Of a stretch of 64,000 nucleotides of DNA, positions 26,060 to 33,829 are shown in pieces; position 1 is the stretch's first letter; every line of letters begins with the position of its first letter. The stretch spans positions 335-64,334 of the forward strand of contig JAFXYB010000002.1 of NCBI GenBank assembly GCA_017541975.1, read 5' to 3'. Both the position numbers and the translations under genes were made by a program. Source of the stretch: a bacterium (GTDB lineage Bacteria; Bacillota_I; Bacilli_A; Izemoplasmatales; UBA1188). A model generated the notes under the pieces. It ran no database searches. It was not told the origin of the DNA and was given only the letters and a program-made list of their open reading frames with translations.

Positions 26060-26914
26060 ATGATATACGTGTTTGGTGGAGTTAACATTGATCTTCTAGT
26101 CAAAATAAATGGAAACGCAAGAATGCATGAATCTAATCCCTCTAAAATAACATTTAAAGATGGAGGAGTTGGTAGGAATGTTGCGAGAGCTATAGGTAAT
26201 TTTAAGCCCTGTGAGCTTGTTTCTGCATTCCCTAATCATCTATATCAAAACATCATCAAAGATTTAAATTCAAACAATGTATCGACTAAATACTCAAAAA
26301 TAATGTCATCAGGTAAAAGTTCAATGTATATCGACGTTGTTGATGACAATGGAGTTGTGATTGGCGCAAGCGATATGAAGGCGATTGAAGAGATTAGCCC
26401 AAAAGATGTTTCTCTTCCTGTCTCTCTAACAAATGGTTCAGATATAATCATCGTAGACACAAATCTTTCATATGATACAGTAGAATATATCGTTAAAGAA
26501 TCTAAAGGTTATAAGATACTAGATGCGGTTTCATCTAAAAAGTTAGAAAAAGTTTTAGACCTTGTTCCACTATTCGATTTAGTAAAGGTAAATAAGTTTG
26601 AATATGAATTTATCAAAGATAATCCTTCTAAAAAGGTTCTATTAACTACTGGTGATGGGATAAAGGTAACTCAAGAAGGAAAAGAAGTATTATCTTTCAC
26701 ACACAAAACATTAAAACCAGTAAACCCTAATGGTTGTGGCGATACACTGCTTGGAACATATGTTGCAAATCTTGATAAAGGAGATATTGAAGCATTTAAA
26801 ATTGCAATAATTGCCAGTGCGGCATCGAGCCAAATAGATGATGCAACCCCAACCCTTGAAGAAATAAATAAAATAAATGAAAGTGAGCTTGAAATAGTAT
26901 GGAAAGAATTGTAG
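26060..26914 (+). CDS. PfkB-family carbohydrate/nucleoside kinase
   Basis: GGVGRNVA N-terminal motif and the C-terminal NPNGCGDTLLG (PfkB signature 2-like). Confidence 0.75.
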   Translation: MIYVFGGVNIDLLVKINGNARMHESNPSKITFKDGGVGRNVARAIGNFKPCELVSAFPNHLYQNIIKDLNSNNVSTKYSKIMSSGKSSMYIDVVDDNGVVIGASDMKAIEEISPKDVSLPVSLTNGSDIIIVDTNLSYDTVEYIVKESKGYKILDAVSSKKLEKVLDLVPLFDLVKVNKFEYEFIKDNPSKKVLLTTGDGIKVTQEGKEVLSFTHKTLKPVNPNGCGDTLLGTYVANLDKGDIEAFKIAIIASAASSQIDDATPTLEEINKINESELEIVWKEL

Positions 26915-27690
26915 ATTCACACGCTCACTTAAATGAAGAAAGATTCTTAGGTCATACTAAAGAAATCTTAGATAGAGCCAAGGAATTTGGAGTAGAAAAG
27001 GTACTCATACCTTCATGGGATATTGAATCATCAAAAAAAGCGATTGAGATTGCAGAAAAATTTGATAATGTTTATGCAGCAGTATCTATTCATGCACAAG
27101 ATGTAGGACCATTTGTATTAGAAGATCTTGATACAATCAAAAGCCTTGCAAAATCAAGTAGCAAGGTCATCGCAATTGGAGAGACAGGTCTTGATTACCA
27201 CTATGGAAAGGAAGATGCCTTAAAACAAAAAGAATTCTTCATAGCTCAACTTGATATCGCAAGAGAATTAAATCTCCCAGTTATTATTCATCTAAGAGAT
27301 GCAGCTGGAGATTATTTAGATTTAATAAAAGAATATACTGCATCAAGAAACATCAAAACTATAAGGGGTGTAATGCATTCTTATTCAGATAGCCCAGAGA
27401 CTATGAAAGCATTATTAAAATATGGTTTCTATATATCTTTCTCTGGCCCTGTAACTTTTAAAAACGCAAGAATACAAAAAGAATGTGCTCTAAATTGCCC
27501 ATTAGATAGAATCTTGGTAGAGACAGATTCACCATATCTATCCCCAGAACCATTTAGAGGGACAACCAATGAGCCTAAGAACACATATTATACGTTAAAA
27601 TATATTGCAGAGTTAAGAAACATTGATGTTTTTGAACTTGCAAAAATAACCACAAATAATTTTAAAAAATTATTTAACTTGGAGGATTAA
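26899..27690 (+). CDS. tatD: TatD family metal-dependent DNase/hydrolase
   Basis: DSHAHL, GETGLDYHY, VMHSYSD, ETDSPYL motifs. Confidence 0.9.
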   Translation: MERIVDSHAHLNEERFLGHTKEILDRAKEFGVEKVLIPSWDIESSKKAIEIAEKFDNVYAAVSIHAQDVGPFVLEDLDTIKSLAKSSSKVIAIGETGLDYHYGKEDALKQKEFFIAQLDIARELNLPVIIHLRDAAGDYLDLIKEYTASRNIKTIRGVMHSYSDSPETMKALLKYGFYISFSGPVTFKNARIQKECALNCPLDRILVETDSPYLSPEPFRGTTNEPKNTYYTLKYIAELRNIDVFELAKITTNNFKKLFNLED

Positions 27691-27692
27691 TT

Positions 27693-28790
27693 ATGAGTTT
27701 AAAAGTTGGAATCGTAGGTTTACCAAATGTCGGTAAAACAACATTATATAACGCAATGACTGGCCTTGATATGCCTGTATCAAACTTCCCATTTACTACC
27801 ATTGAACCAACAGTTGGTGCTGTATCAGTACCAGATGAAAGATTAGATAAGCTTGTTAAGATGTATAACCCTAAAAAGGTAGTTCCTGCATCAATGGAAT
27901 TTGTAGATATTCCAGGACTTGGTGCCGGTGCATCTAAAGGCGAAGGCCTAGGCAATGGTTTTTTAGTTGCAGTAAGAGAATCTGATGCTTTAGTACACGT
28001 TGTTAGATGTTTTAAAGATGAAGAAGTTCCACTTGATGGCCCACTAGACCCTCTTAAAGATATAGATTCACTCAATCTTGAGTTAATCTTTTCTGATATA
28101 GATATGATTGAAAAAAGAATAGATAAGATTCAAAAGAAAGCTCAAATGAAGGTTGATAAAGAATCAGTAATTGAATATGAACTATTAACTAAATGTCACG
28201 ATTTTTTAGTTGATATGAAACCACTTAGAGACTTAGGATTATCTAAAGATGAAATTAAAATGTTAAGTTCATATGCATTTCTAACACTAAAACCAGTTCT
28301 TTACGTTTTAAATATTGATGAATCAGAAATTGGCAAAGAAGATAGCGATGTGGTTAAGAAAATTAAAGAAAAAGCTAAAGAAGAAGGCGCTTTAGCAATT
28401 TCTATTTCATGTAAGATTGAATATGAAATTTCAAGACTAGAAGATGAAGATAAAGAAATGTTTTTAGAAGAACTTGGTCTTGAAAAACCAGGATTAAATG
28501 CTGTAGTAAAAGCAGCATATGATTTATTAGGTCTTTATACAATGTTTACTTGTGGTGATAAAGATTGCCATGCATGGACATTTAAAAAAGGTATGAAGGC
28601 ACCTCAAGCAGCTGGTTGCATCCATACAGACTTTGAAAAAGGCTTTATTAAAGCTGAAATAGTTAGCTATGAAGATTTAATCAACGCTGGTAGTGAAAAA
28701 GCAGCCAAAGAACAAAACAAATTTAGACTTGAAGGAAAGGAATATCTTGTGAACGATGGTGATGTAGTTCACTTCCGTTTCAATTTATAA
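27693..28790 (+). CDS. ychF: Ribosome-binding ATPase YchF (Ola1)
   Basis: GIVGLPNVGKTTLYNAMT P-loop, TGS-like C-terminus, and the DGDVVHFRFN end typical of YchF. Confidence 0.93.
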   Translation: MSLKVGIVGLPNVGKTTLYNAMTGLDMPVSNFPFTTIEPTVGAVSVPDERLDKLVKMYNPKKVVPASMEFVDIPGLGAGASKGEGLGNGFLVAVRESDALVHVVRCFKDEEVPLDGPLDPLKDIDSLNLELIFSDIDMIEKRIDKIQKKAQMKVDKESVIEYELLTKCHDFLVDMKPLRDLGLSKDEIKMLSSYAFLTLKPVLYVLNIDESEIGKEDSDVVKKIKEKAKEEGALAISISCKIEYEISRLEDEDKEMFLEELGLEKPGLNAVVKAAYDLLGLYTMFTCGDKDCHAWTFKKGMKAPQAAGCIHTDFEKGFIKAEIVSYEDLINAGSEKAAKEQNKFRLEGKEYLVNDGDVVHFRFNL

Positions 28791-28794
28791 GAAT

Positions 28795-29253
28795 ATGTTT
28801 GATAAAACCATTAATCAATTAATTGAAAAGAACATATCAATATCGTTTGCTGAATCATGCACCGGTGGTGCTTTAGCATCCACACTTACTAAAGTACCTG
28901 GAGTCTCTAAAATATTTAAAGGTAGTTTTGTTACCTACAGCATAGAATACAAAGAAAAACTCTTAGGTGTTTCAAGTGAAACTATAGAAAAATACGGTGT
29001 AGTTTCATATGAGGTTGCAGAAGAAATGGCTAGATGCCTTAAAAATATAACTTCAGCTGATATTTCTATCTCAGTAACTGGAAATGCTGGCCCTACAAGT
29101 GGAGATGAAACAAAACCACTAGGTAAAGTATTTGTAGGTTTCTATATCTTTAACTCTTTAACCGTTAGTGAACTTGATTTAAAAGGAACAAGAGAAGAAA
29201 TAATTAGTGAAGTTGTAAATTATGTATTTACAATGATTTCAAAAATCGAATAA
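28795..29253 (+). CDS. pncC: CinA C-terminal domain protein (nicotinamide-nucleotide amidohydrolase PncC-like)
   Basis: FAESCTGGALAS and ISVTGNAGP motifs. 152 aa stand-alone domain. Confidence 0.85.
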   Translation: MFDKTINQLIEKNISISFAESCTGGALASTLTKVPGVSKIFKGSFVTYSIEYKEKLLGVSSETIEKYGVVSYEVAEEMARCLKNITSADISISVTGNAGPTSGDETKPLGKVFVGFYIFNSLTVSELDLKGTREEIISEVVNYVFTMISKIE

Positions 29254-29285
29254 TTTCAATATAAAATATTCACAAAAATTATTTG

Positions 29286-29314
29286 TAGACATTACATATC
29301 TTGTATGATATAAT
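29286..29314 (+). promoter_or_regulatory. Promoter of rpsF-ssb-rpsR
   Basis: TAGACA (29286-29291), 17 nt, TGaTATAAT (29306-29314). Leaves a ~70-nt leader. Confidence 0.6.
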
Positions 29315-29391
29315 GAATAACGCTTTAAGTTAAAACTTAAAAAGCCTTGCTGCTCTAAAGGCAGCCGAATAGACCATAAGGAGGAAAGAAA

Positions 29392-29688
29392 ATGCAAAAA
29401 TACGACGCAATGTACATTATTCGTCCTAACGTTGAAGAAGAAGCTAGAAAGAACCTCATCGCTGAAATCACTAAGGTTTTCACTGATCGTAACGCTGCTT
29501 CTGTTCAAGTTAAGGAATGGGGATCACGTAAACTTGCTTACGAAATCGAAGATTTCAAAGAAGGTTACTATGTAGACATGGAAGTTGAATTAGAAGACGT
29601 ATCAGCTCTTGCTGAATACGACCGTGTATGTAACATCAAAGAATCAATTCTTCGTCACATCGTAGTAAAATTACCAAGCACTAAATAG
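29392..29688 (+). CDS. rpsF: 30S ribosomal protein S6
   Basis: [13 protein letters not shown]...[10 protein letters not shown] signature. rpsF-ssb-rpsR synteny. Confidence 0.95.
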   Translation: MQKYDAMYIIRPNVEEEARKNLIAEITKVFTDRNAASVQVKEWGSRKLAYEIEDFKEGYYVDMEVELEDVSALAEYDRVCNIKESILRHIVVKLPSTK

Positions 29689-29702
29689 GAGGCAAAATAA
29701 TT

Positions 29703-30131
29703 ATGTTAAACCGTGTTGTTTTAGTCGGCAGATTAACAAAAGACCCAGAAATCCGCTACACTCAATCAAACACTCCTATCGCATCATTCACAATTGCTGT
29801 AAACAGACAATTTTCAAATTCAGCAACTGGCGAAAGAGATACAGACTTTATTCCTGTAGTTGTTTGGAGAAAACAAGCTGAAAACGTAAAGAACTTCGTT
29901 CATAAAGGTTCTTTAGTAGCTGTTGATGGAAGAATTCAAACAAGAAATTACGATGACCAAAATGGTGTTAGAAAGTATGTAACTGAAGTAGTTGCTGACA
30001 ATGTATCATTCCTAGAACCAAAAGGATCTCAAGATGATCAAGGTACTATGGAAGCTCAACCAAGTCAAGAAACTGAAGAAGATGACAAATATTCAAATGT
30101 TGTTTTCTCAAACAATGACTTACCATTCTAG
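29703..30131 (+). CDS. ssb: Single-stranded DNA-binding protein
   Basis: [18 protein letters not shown]-fold start and an acidic tail ending DLPF. Confidence 0.95.
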   Translation: MLNRVVLVGRLTKDPEIRYTQSNTPIASFTIAVNRQFSNSATGERDTDFIPVVVWRKQAENVKNFVHKGSLVAVDGRIQTRNYDDQNGVRKYVTEVVADNVSFLEPKGSQDDQGTMEAQPSQETEEDDKYSNVVFSNNDLPF

Positions 30132-30148
30132 AAAAGGAGAATAATAAA

Positions 30149-30406
30149 ATGGCTGAAAACGCAAAACCAGCTGCAGCTAAACCTGCATTCGTTAAGAAAA
30201 GACATAGAAAAACTTGTTATTTCACTGATAACAAGATCGATTATATCGATTTTAGAGACGTAGAAATGTTAAAGAGATTCATCTCTGATAGAGGCAAAAT
30301 TTTACCAAGAAGAGTAACTGGTACTAAATCTTACTATCAAAAACATTTAGCTCTTGCTATTAAGAGAGCACGTCATATGGCTTTACTTCCATTTGTTGAA
30401 GAATAA
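30149..30406 (+). CDS. rpsR: 30S ribosomal protein S18
   Basis: [27 protein letters not shown]...ARHMALLPF. Confidence 0.95.
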   Translation: MAENAKPAAAKPAFVKKRHRKTCYFTDNKIDYIDFRDVEMLKRFISDRGKILPRRVTGTKSYYQKHLALAIKRARHMALLPFVEE

Positions 30407-30419
30407 AAGCTACTTGTGT

Positions 30420-30529
30420 GATCATACAACTTCAATTTACCCGAAGTGTACAAAAACTATGATCGCAATACACACAAATAAATAACAAAAACAGAAATAA
30501 GACTCTGCATACAAGCAGAGCCTTTTTTT
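30420..30529 (+). repeat. Partial copy of the repeated intergenic module (Y part), including the rpsR terminator
   Basis: ATCATACAACTTC...TTTACCCGAAGTGTACAAAAA...AAGACTCTGCATACAAGCAGAGCC+T7. Parallels ATCATCACAACTTG...TTTACCAGAAAGATACAAAAT...AAGACTCTTCA in copy A and AAGACTCTGCAATTTGCAGAGT in copy B. Confidence 0.6.
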
Positions 30530-30530
30530 G

Positions 30531-30879
30531 CGCTTTAAGGCCTTGCGCTGAACTATTTATTGCTATTTATAGCAATGTCGGGCGTGGGGCATAGGCTTTA
30601 ATGGGCGTTGGGCAGAGCTTTGCTTTGCTTATAGGCGAGGCTAAATGGGGCTAGGCTGGGCGCGCTTTGCATGATCAAGATTATTGTATCTTTCAGGGAA
30701 AAGGTGGTTGTATCATCACAACTTGTTTAATCACAGCTTGAGTTTACCAGAAAGATACAAAATGTCTTTCCTGGCAGCTATGCTTAAATACTAATAACAA
30801 GTAAATAAAAGAAATAAAGACTCTTCAAGTTATGAAATGTACCCCAAATCCTGAATAACCAGGAGGAGGGGTATTTTTT
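30531..30879 (+). repeat. GC-rich intergenic element, copy A (candidate structured ncRNA or MITE-like repeat)
   Basis: Starts right after the rpsR terminator. Palindrome ATTGCTAT-TT-ATAGCAAT (30559-30576), a G-rich core at 30580-30670, a 23-nt exact match to copy B (30666-30688), a GTATCTTTC...GAAAGATAC hairpin, and its own terminator TACCCC..GGGGTA+T6 (30840-30879). Confidence 0.7.
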
Positions 30880-30944
30880 ATTACTTTTTGTTATTATTAT
30901 TTAATTGATGTAATATAATAATAAGTGATAGGAGGTGTTTTAAT

Positions 30945-31259
30945 ATGGGAAAAGAATTTAGAGAAAAATTAGAAAAAGTATTTGATGTTTTAGGCGAAAT
31001 TATCGCTTTTGTAGCTGCAGTAGTATGGGCATTAGTTATTATTAATCAAACTTGGTCATTCTTACCTGATATTGTTGTTTCAATCTTCAATATTGCAAAA
31101 GCTTGGTTATTATTAGTACTTGTTGGTGTAGTAGGTCTTGAAGCAACCATTAAGAGAAACTTCTTTATTCGTTTATTATTCTACATAATATTAGCTGTAC
31201 TAGTAATATTCCATTGTTTCCCTGCAACATACGAATACCTAATCGGTTTAGCAGGATAA
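30945..31259 (+). CDS. Small hypothetical membrane protein (104 aa, about 3 TM)
   Basis: SD TAGGAGGTG before the ATG. Three hydrophobic segments. No recognisable family. Confidence 0.65.
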   Translation: MGKEFREKLEKVFDVLGEIIAFVAAVVWALVIINQTWSFLPDIVVSIFNIAKAWLLLVLVGVVGLEATIKRNFFIRLLFYIILAVLVIFHCFPATYEYLIGLAG

Positions 31260-31279
31260 AAGCTAAAGCATATTATTAA

Positions 31280-31308
31280 GGTTCTGCAAGAAATGCAGGG
31301 CCTTTTTT
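31280..31308 (+). terminator. Intrinsic terminator after the small membrane protein gene
   Basis: GGTTCTGCA / TGCAGGGCC stem followed by TTTTTT. Confidence 0.75.
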
Positions 31309-31510
31309 CGTTTTAAGGCTACAGGCATGTATATTACTACTTATAGCAATGCTGGGCGTGTGGCATGTGCTTGGGCTGGTGGCGCTGGCAATATATGGCA
31401 AGGTGTAAAGCTTTTGCATGATCAAGATTATTGTACATTTGAGGTAAAATGTGTTTGTATTATCACAATAAAACATGCAAGAAAGACTCTGCAATTTGCA
31501 GAGTTTTTCT
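31309..31510 (+). repeat. GC-rich intergenic element, copy B
   Basis: Shares TTTAAGGC, TTATAGCAATG, GGGCGTG.GGCAT and the exact 23-mer TTTGCATGATCAAGATTATTGTA (31413-31435) with copy A. Ends in terminator ACTCTGC/GCAGAGT+T5 (31486-31510). Confidence 0.7.
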
Positions 31511-31535
31511 TTTGGTTTGTTATATAACGCAAATA

Positions 31536-31576
31536 TGTACAATTGTACTTGTTTATGTACATAAATAGTGTATAAT
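31536..31576 (+). promoter_or_regulatory. yefM-yoeB operator/promoter with TGTACA-core palindromes
   Basis: GTACAATTGTAC (31537-31548) and TTTATGTACATAAA (31552-31565) lie directly upstream of TATAAT (31571-31576). TGTACA cores are the known YefM-YoeB operator hexamer in E. coli. Confidence 0.65.
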
Positions 31577-31595
31577 ATAAGTGGGAGGAGAATTT

Positions 31596-31847
31596 ATGAC
31601 AGTTACTAATATTTCTGTTTTGAGAAGCAATCTATTTAGTTCTATTGATAATGTAATTGAGTACAACGATTCTATTACTGTTAGCACAAAAAAAGGAAAT
31701 GCGATTATTATTTCCGAAGATGAATACAACGCCATGTTAGAAACCATTTATTTAATTTCTCAGAAAGGTCTAGTTGAAAAGATTAAAGAAGGCGAAGAAG
31801 AAGATATTTCTATGATGCCAACTTATAATCCTAACGAAGAGTGGTAA
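31596..31847 (+). CDS. yefM: YefM/Phd family antitoxin
   Basis: ATG follows GGGAGGAG. ITVSTKKGNAIIISEDEYNAMLETIYL is the typical Phd/YefM core. Gene ends 2 nt before the toxin ATG. Confidence 0.88.
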   Translation: MTVTNISVLRSNLFSSIDNVIEYNDSITVSTKKGNAIIISEDEYNAMLETIYLISQKGLVEKIKEGEEEDISMMPTYNPNEEW

Positions 31848-31849
31848 TT

Positions 31850-32095
31850 ATGTGGATTATTAAATTCACTAAAAATGCAGAAAAAGATAAAAAGTTAATT
31901 AAAAGCACTGGATTAGAAGAAAAAGTAAAGAAACTATTAAATCTTATCGCTAAAAGTCCCTTTCAAAACCCGCCAAGTTATGAAAAGCTTGTTGGTGATT
32001 TACAAGGCTATTATTCTAGAAGAATTAATCTACAACATAGGCTTGTATACAAGGTTTATGAAGACATTAAAACGGTTGTTATTCATTCGATGTGA
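31850..32095 (+). CDS. yoeB: YoeB/Txe family toxin, truncated by TGA before the catalytic C-terminal His-Tyr
   Basis: YYSRRINLQHRLVYKV core of YoeB. The ORF stops at TGA 32093-32095 after ..VVIHSM. The same frame continues SHYEDN-TAA (to 32116), which restores the family C-terminal HY. Confidence 0.8.
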   Translation: MWIIKFTKNAEKDKKLIKSTGLEEKVKKLLNLIAKSPFQNPPSYEKLVGDLQGYYSRRINLQHRLVYKVYEDIKTVVIHSM

Positions 32096-32179
32096 TCACA
32101 CTATGAAGATAATTAAATATAATAAATTATAATGAATCTATTGAAACCGAAACAATAGATATTTAATAGGACAAAAAGT

Positions 32180-32677
32180 ATGAACAACTTCAAGATTATT
32201 AAATATAATGAACAATATTTTAATCAAACAGCTGAATTACTATCACTATTTCGTGATCAATTAAGAAAATTTAAAGATATTGATAGTAAACCAGACCTAG
32301 CATCAGCCAAAAGAGAATTGGATAGTTTCTCAAAGGATGAAAATTATCCAATCTATTTATGTTTAGAAAATGACGTCGTTATTGGATATATGATTTTAAA
32401 AATAGATGGCGTTATCTGGGTAGAGCAAATCTATGTTAAAGAATCACATAGAAGAAGGGGCGTGGCATCTCTTTTATACCAAGAAGCTGAAAGAAGATCC
32501 AATGAAATAGGTGAAGATACACTTTATAACTGTGTTCATCCAAACAACGAAGGCATCATAAGTTTTTTAAAATCTAGAGGTTATAATGTTTTAAATCTCA
32601 TTGAAATAAGAAAACCATATAAAGATGAGAAATCTAAAACAGTTATAAAGGTTGGAAACAATGATTTTGATTATTAA
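32180..32677 (+). CDS. GNAT family N-acetyltransferase
   Basis: HRRRGVASLLYQEAERR acetyl-CoA motif. 165 aa. Confidence 0.8.
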   Translation: MNNFKIIKYNEQYFNQTAELLSLFRDQLRKFKDIDSKPDLASAKRELDSFSKDENYPIYLCLENDVVIGYMILKIDGVIWVEQIYVKESHRRRGVASLLYQEAERRSNEIGEDTLYNCVHPNNEGIISFLKSRGYNVLNLIEIRKPYKDEKSKTVIKVGNNDFDY

Positions 32678-32682
32678 TAGTA

Positions 32683-32710
32683 AAAACAATCCGAGGAATC
32701 GGATTGTTTT
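32683..32710. terminator. Bidirectional terminator between convergent genes
   Basis: AAAACAATCCG / CGGATTGTTTT 11-bp stem flanked by A/T runs on both sides. Confidence 0.8.
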
Positions 32711-32727
32711 ATTATAAATCTACTTAA

Positions 32728-33735
32728 TTATTCAAAATTATAACGATAAATTCTTTCAGCTAGTTTAGGACTACAAAAATCAACAATAACCCAGCCGTTT
32801 AATTTCATATTTGAATCTAATAATTTCTTATTTAATGCGTTTGCATATTTATATGGATGTCCATATGTAATACTTCCATTTGTAGATAAGAAGCTCACCT
32901 TAACGTAATTATTTCCTTCAGGCATATAGTTAATAGAATTAACAAATGCGTCCCATTTTTCTTCGCTATTGTATTTATAACGATCTTGAACATATAGTGC
33001 GAAGTCTGGATTATAATTGTTTGATTCAATATGTTTGTTTAAATCATCGGTATTTTTTTGATCGTTCCAATCAAACATAATGCCAGGATTCTCAAGTTCG
33101 GCTTTATTAGAATATCTTCTAAGAAGTAGCATTTTTCCACGTAGTTCACCAACTTTAGGTAGTTTATCTGTCAGTAACCAGTATTTTTCATTTGTTTTGA
33201 TAAGATTATCTAATAATATTTGTAGTTTAGCAACATCGGTTTTACTGTTTTCAGATTTAACTGTGAATACAATACATTCAGTTGGGTTTTCATCTAAAAA
33301 CTCATAACAGTCCTTTAGAATTTTATCTAAATACAATAAACTTGATAGAGGGAAATTGTGCACTCTACAATGACACCAACCATGCATAAGCATAATTTGG
33401 TCATCTTCAGTTAAATCTAATCTAATGTCTAGATACCTAAACCCAGAATTGAGTTGTTCTTTCACACTTAATGATTGGCATTTAGTAAAATATGATAAAT
33501 CACTTTTTATTGCTGCAGTATCATGAGAACCAGGTAAAACAACTTCACTAATTAACGTTTCGTCATTCAAATCCTTCATCCAGTTGTTTGTTCCTTCAAC
33601 TTTCCCTCTTGGGCCATACTCAAAAAGAGGGAAAATATACATTAATGAAATAAACACAACAATAACGAGTAGTACTAGACTGCATAAAGCTGTTAATATC
33701 ACCTTGAGAGGTGAAACTCTTTTCTTTGTGCTCAT
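32728..33735 (-). CDS. Membrane-anchored PI-PLC X-domain (PLC-like phosphodiesterase) protein
   Basis: N-terminal TM anchor. VLPGSHDT and YLDIRL...MLMHG motifs correspond to the catalytic His regions of bacterial PI-PLC. Confidence 0.75.
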   Translation of the reverse strand: MSTKKRVSPLKVILTALCSLVLLVIVVFISLMYIFPLFEYGPRGKVEGTNNWMKDLNDETLISEVVLPGSHDTAAIKSDLSYFTKCQSLSVKEQLNSGFRYLDIRLDLTEDDQIMLMHGWCHCRVHNFPLSSLLYLDKILKDCYEFLDENPTECIVFTVKSENSKTDVAKLQILLDNLIKTNEKYWLLTDKLPKVGELRGKMLLLRRYSNKAELENPGIMFDWNDQKNTDDLNKHIESNNYNPDFALYVQDRYKYNSEEKWDAFVNSINYMPEGNNYVKVSFLSTNGSITYGHPYKYANALNKKLLDSNMKLNGWVIVDFCSPKLAERIYRYNFE

Positions 33736-33829
33736 ATAAATCTCCGTTTCTAATTTATTATAATAAATTTTGGCAGTAATTGTAAATGAAATAAATTTAT
33801 TTTGTTATAATATTATTTGGGAAATTACT

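Noticed and set aside
27674-28075. Antisense or shadow ORFs in the six-frame track. Examples: 27674-28075(-), 21006-21419(-), 61470-61871(-), 8977-9336(-), 2906-3256(-), 23109-23399(-), 16292-16504(+), 19469-19711(+).
   Set aside because: All lie entirely inside well-supported genes on the other strand or frame. They have no SD, and their low-complexity composition mirrors the sense codons. They are typical of AT-rich genomes.
30580-30670. G-quadruplex in copy A. There are six G3+ tracts within about 90 nt, for example GGG-cgt-GGGG-...-GGG-cgtt-GGG.
   Set aside because: One loop is 13 nt, and the paralogous copy B keeps only two G3 tracts. A conserved G4 is therefore not supported. I kept it only as a compositional observation within the repeat finding.
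31276-31542. ORFs over the GC-rich repeats: the 88-aa minus-strand ORF, the 66-aa plus-strand ORF (31327-31527), and a 24-codon minus-strand MQSAPSL... ORF in copy A.
   Set aside because: There is no SD. The copy-A counterpart is interrupted by a stop. Differences between copies show no synonymous bias. The ORFs span terminators. Non-coding RNA or DNA elements are more plausible.
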